Assembly (NCBI GenBank): GCA_030390025.1
Contig: CM059448.1
Span: 14,074,001 to 14,138,000 of the forward strand
DNA length: 64,000 nt
Source: Squalus acanthias
Lineage: Eukaryota
Direction: 5' to 3'
Shown: one piece after another, positions 63,250 to 64,000 of the stretch
Layout of the letters: each line of letters begins with the position of its first letter
Position numbering within the stretch: position 1 is the stretch's first letter
Made by a program: the position numbers and the translations under genes
Notes under the pieces: generated by a model
What the model was told of the DNA's origin: nothing
The model's input: the letters and a program-made list of their open reading frames with translations, nothing else
Databases searched by the model: none

Positions 63250-64000
63250 GAGCAGCAAAGCAATACGAATGAGGATTGGGAAGATTTTAGAATTCAGCAA
63301 AGGAGGTCCAAGAAATTGATAAAGAAAGGGAAAATAGAATATGAAAGTAAACTAGCAAGAGACATAAAAACAGACTGTAAAAGCTTCTATAGGTATGCAA
63401 AAAGGAAAAGATTAGCGAAAGTAAATGTGGGTCCCTTACAGGCTGAGACAGGAGAAATTACAATGGGGAATAAGGAAATGGCAGCAAAATTAAACAAATA
63501 CTTTGTGTCTGTCTTCATGGAAGAAGATGCAAAAGACCTCCCGGAAATAGTGGAGAACCAAGGGTCTAGCGAGAATGAGGAACTGAAAGAAATTAGTATA
63601 AGTAAAAAAAATAGTACTGGAGAAATTAATGGGACTGAAAGCCAATAAATCCCCTGGACCTGAGGGCCTACATCCTAGAGTTTGAAAGGAGGTGGCATAG
63701 AGATAGTGGATGCATTGGTTGTCATCTTCCAAAATTCCAGATTCTAGAACGGTTCCCATGGATTGGAAGGTAGCAAATGTAACCCCACTATTTAAGAAAG
63801 CAGGGAGAGAGAAAACGGGGAATTACAGACCAGTTAGCCCAAAATCAGTAGTAGGGAAAATGCTAGAATCTATTATTAAGGACGTGGTAACAGGGCACTG
63901 AGAAAATAATAGGATTTGGCAGTCAACACGGATTTATGAAAGGCAAATCATGTTTGACGAATCGGTTTTGAGGTTGTAACTAGCAGCATAGATAAGGGGG
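63250..64000 (+). mobile_element. CR1 LINE ORF2 fragment running off the window
   Basis: Highly similar, in inverted orientation, to 12050-12790 and 37030-37546. Confidence 0.95.

Noticed and set aside
1-64000. Prokaryotic-style systems (CRISPR array, operon, retron or other RT-linked defence locus)
   Set aside because: The DNA is a spliced vertebrate gene; the RT motifs belong to CR1/L2 LINEs; there is no repeat-spacer array
55100-64000. Upstream GIT1 exon DHKNGHYIIPQMAD
   Set aside because: Not found by eye; probably beyond the window end

Overview
Eukaryotic DNA, very probably from a cartilaginous fish (shark), judged by HE1/V-SINE, SacSINE1-like DeuSINE and abundant CR1 repeats. The window lies inside a minus-strand GIT1 gene (ARF-GAP scaffold). 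Ten in-phase coding exons can be read, from the 27-nt microexon (55069-55095) through the Spa2-homology repeats and coiled coil to the DSDYDN exon (1461-1537); the first and last exons lie outside the window. Introns hold CR1, L2 and other LINE fragments, SINEs, a decayed two-gene Harbinger/PIF transposon (28783-33535) with a nested CR1, ATT-flanked Harbinger MITEs and TTAA-flanked piggyBac-like MITEs. Most ORFs in the supplied track are chance or repeat-derived. I see no convincing new multi-gene system. The best leads are unexplained splice signals: a possible frame-compensating 23-nt/43-nt exon pair, a microexon-like cluster, a possible short-isoform terminal exon and a candidate internal promoter. 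All of these are inferences that need RNA data.
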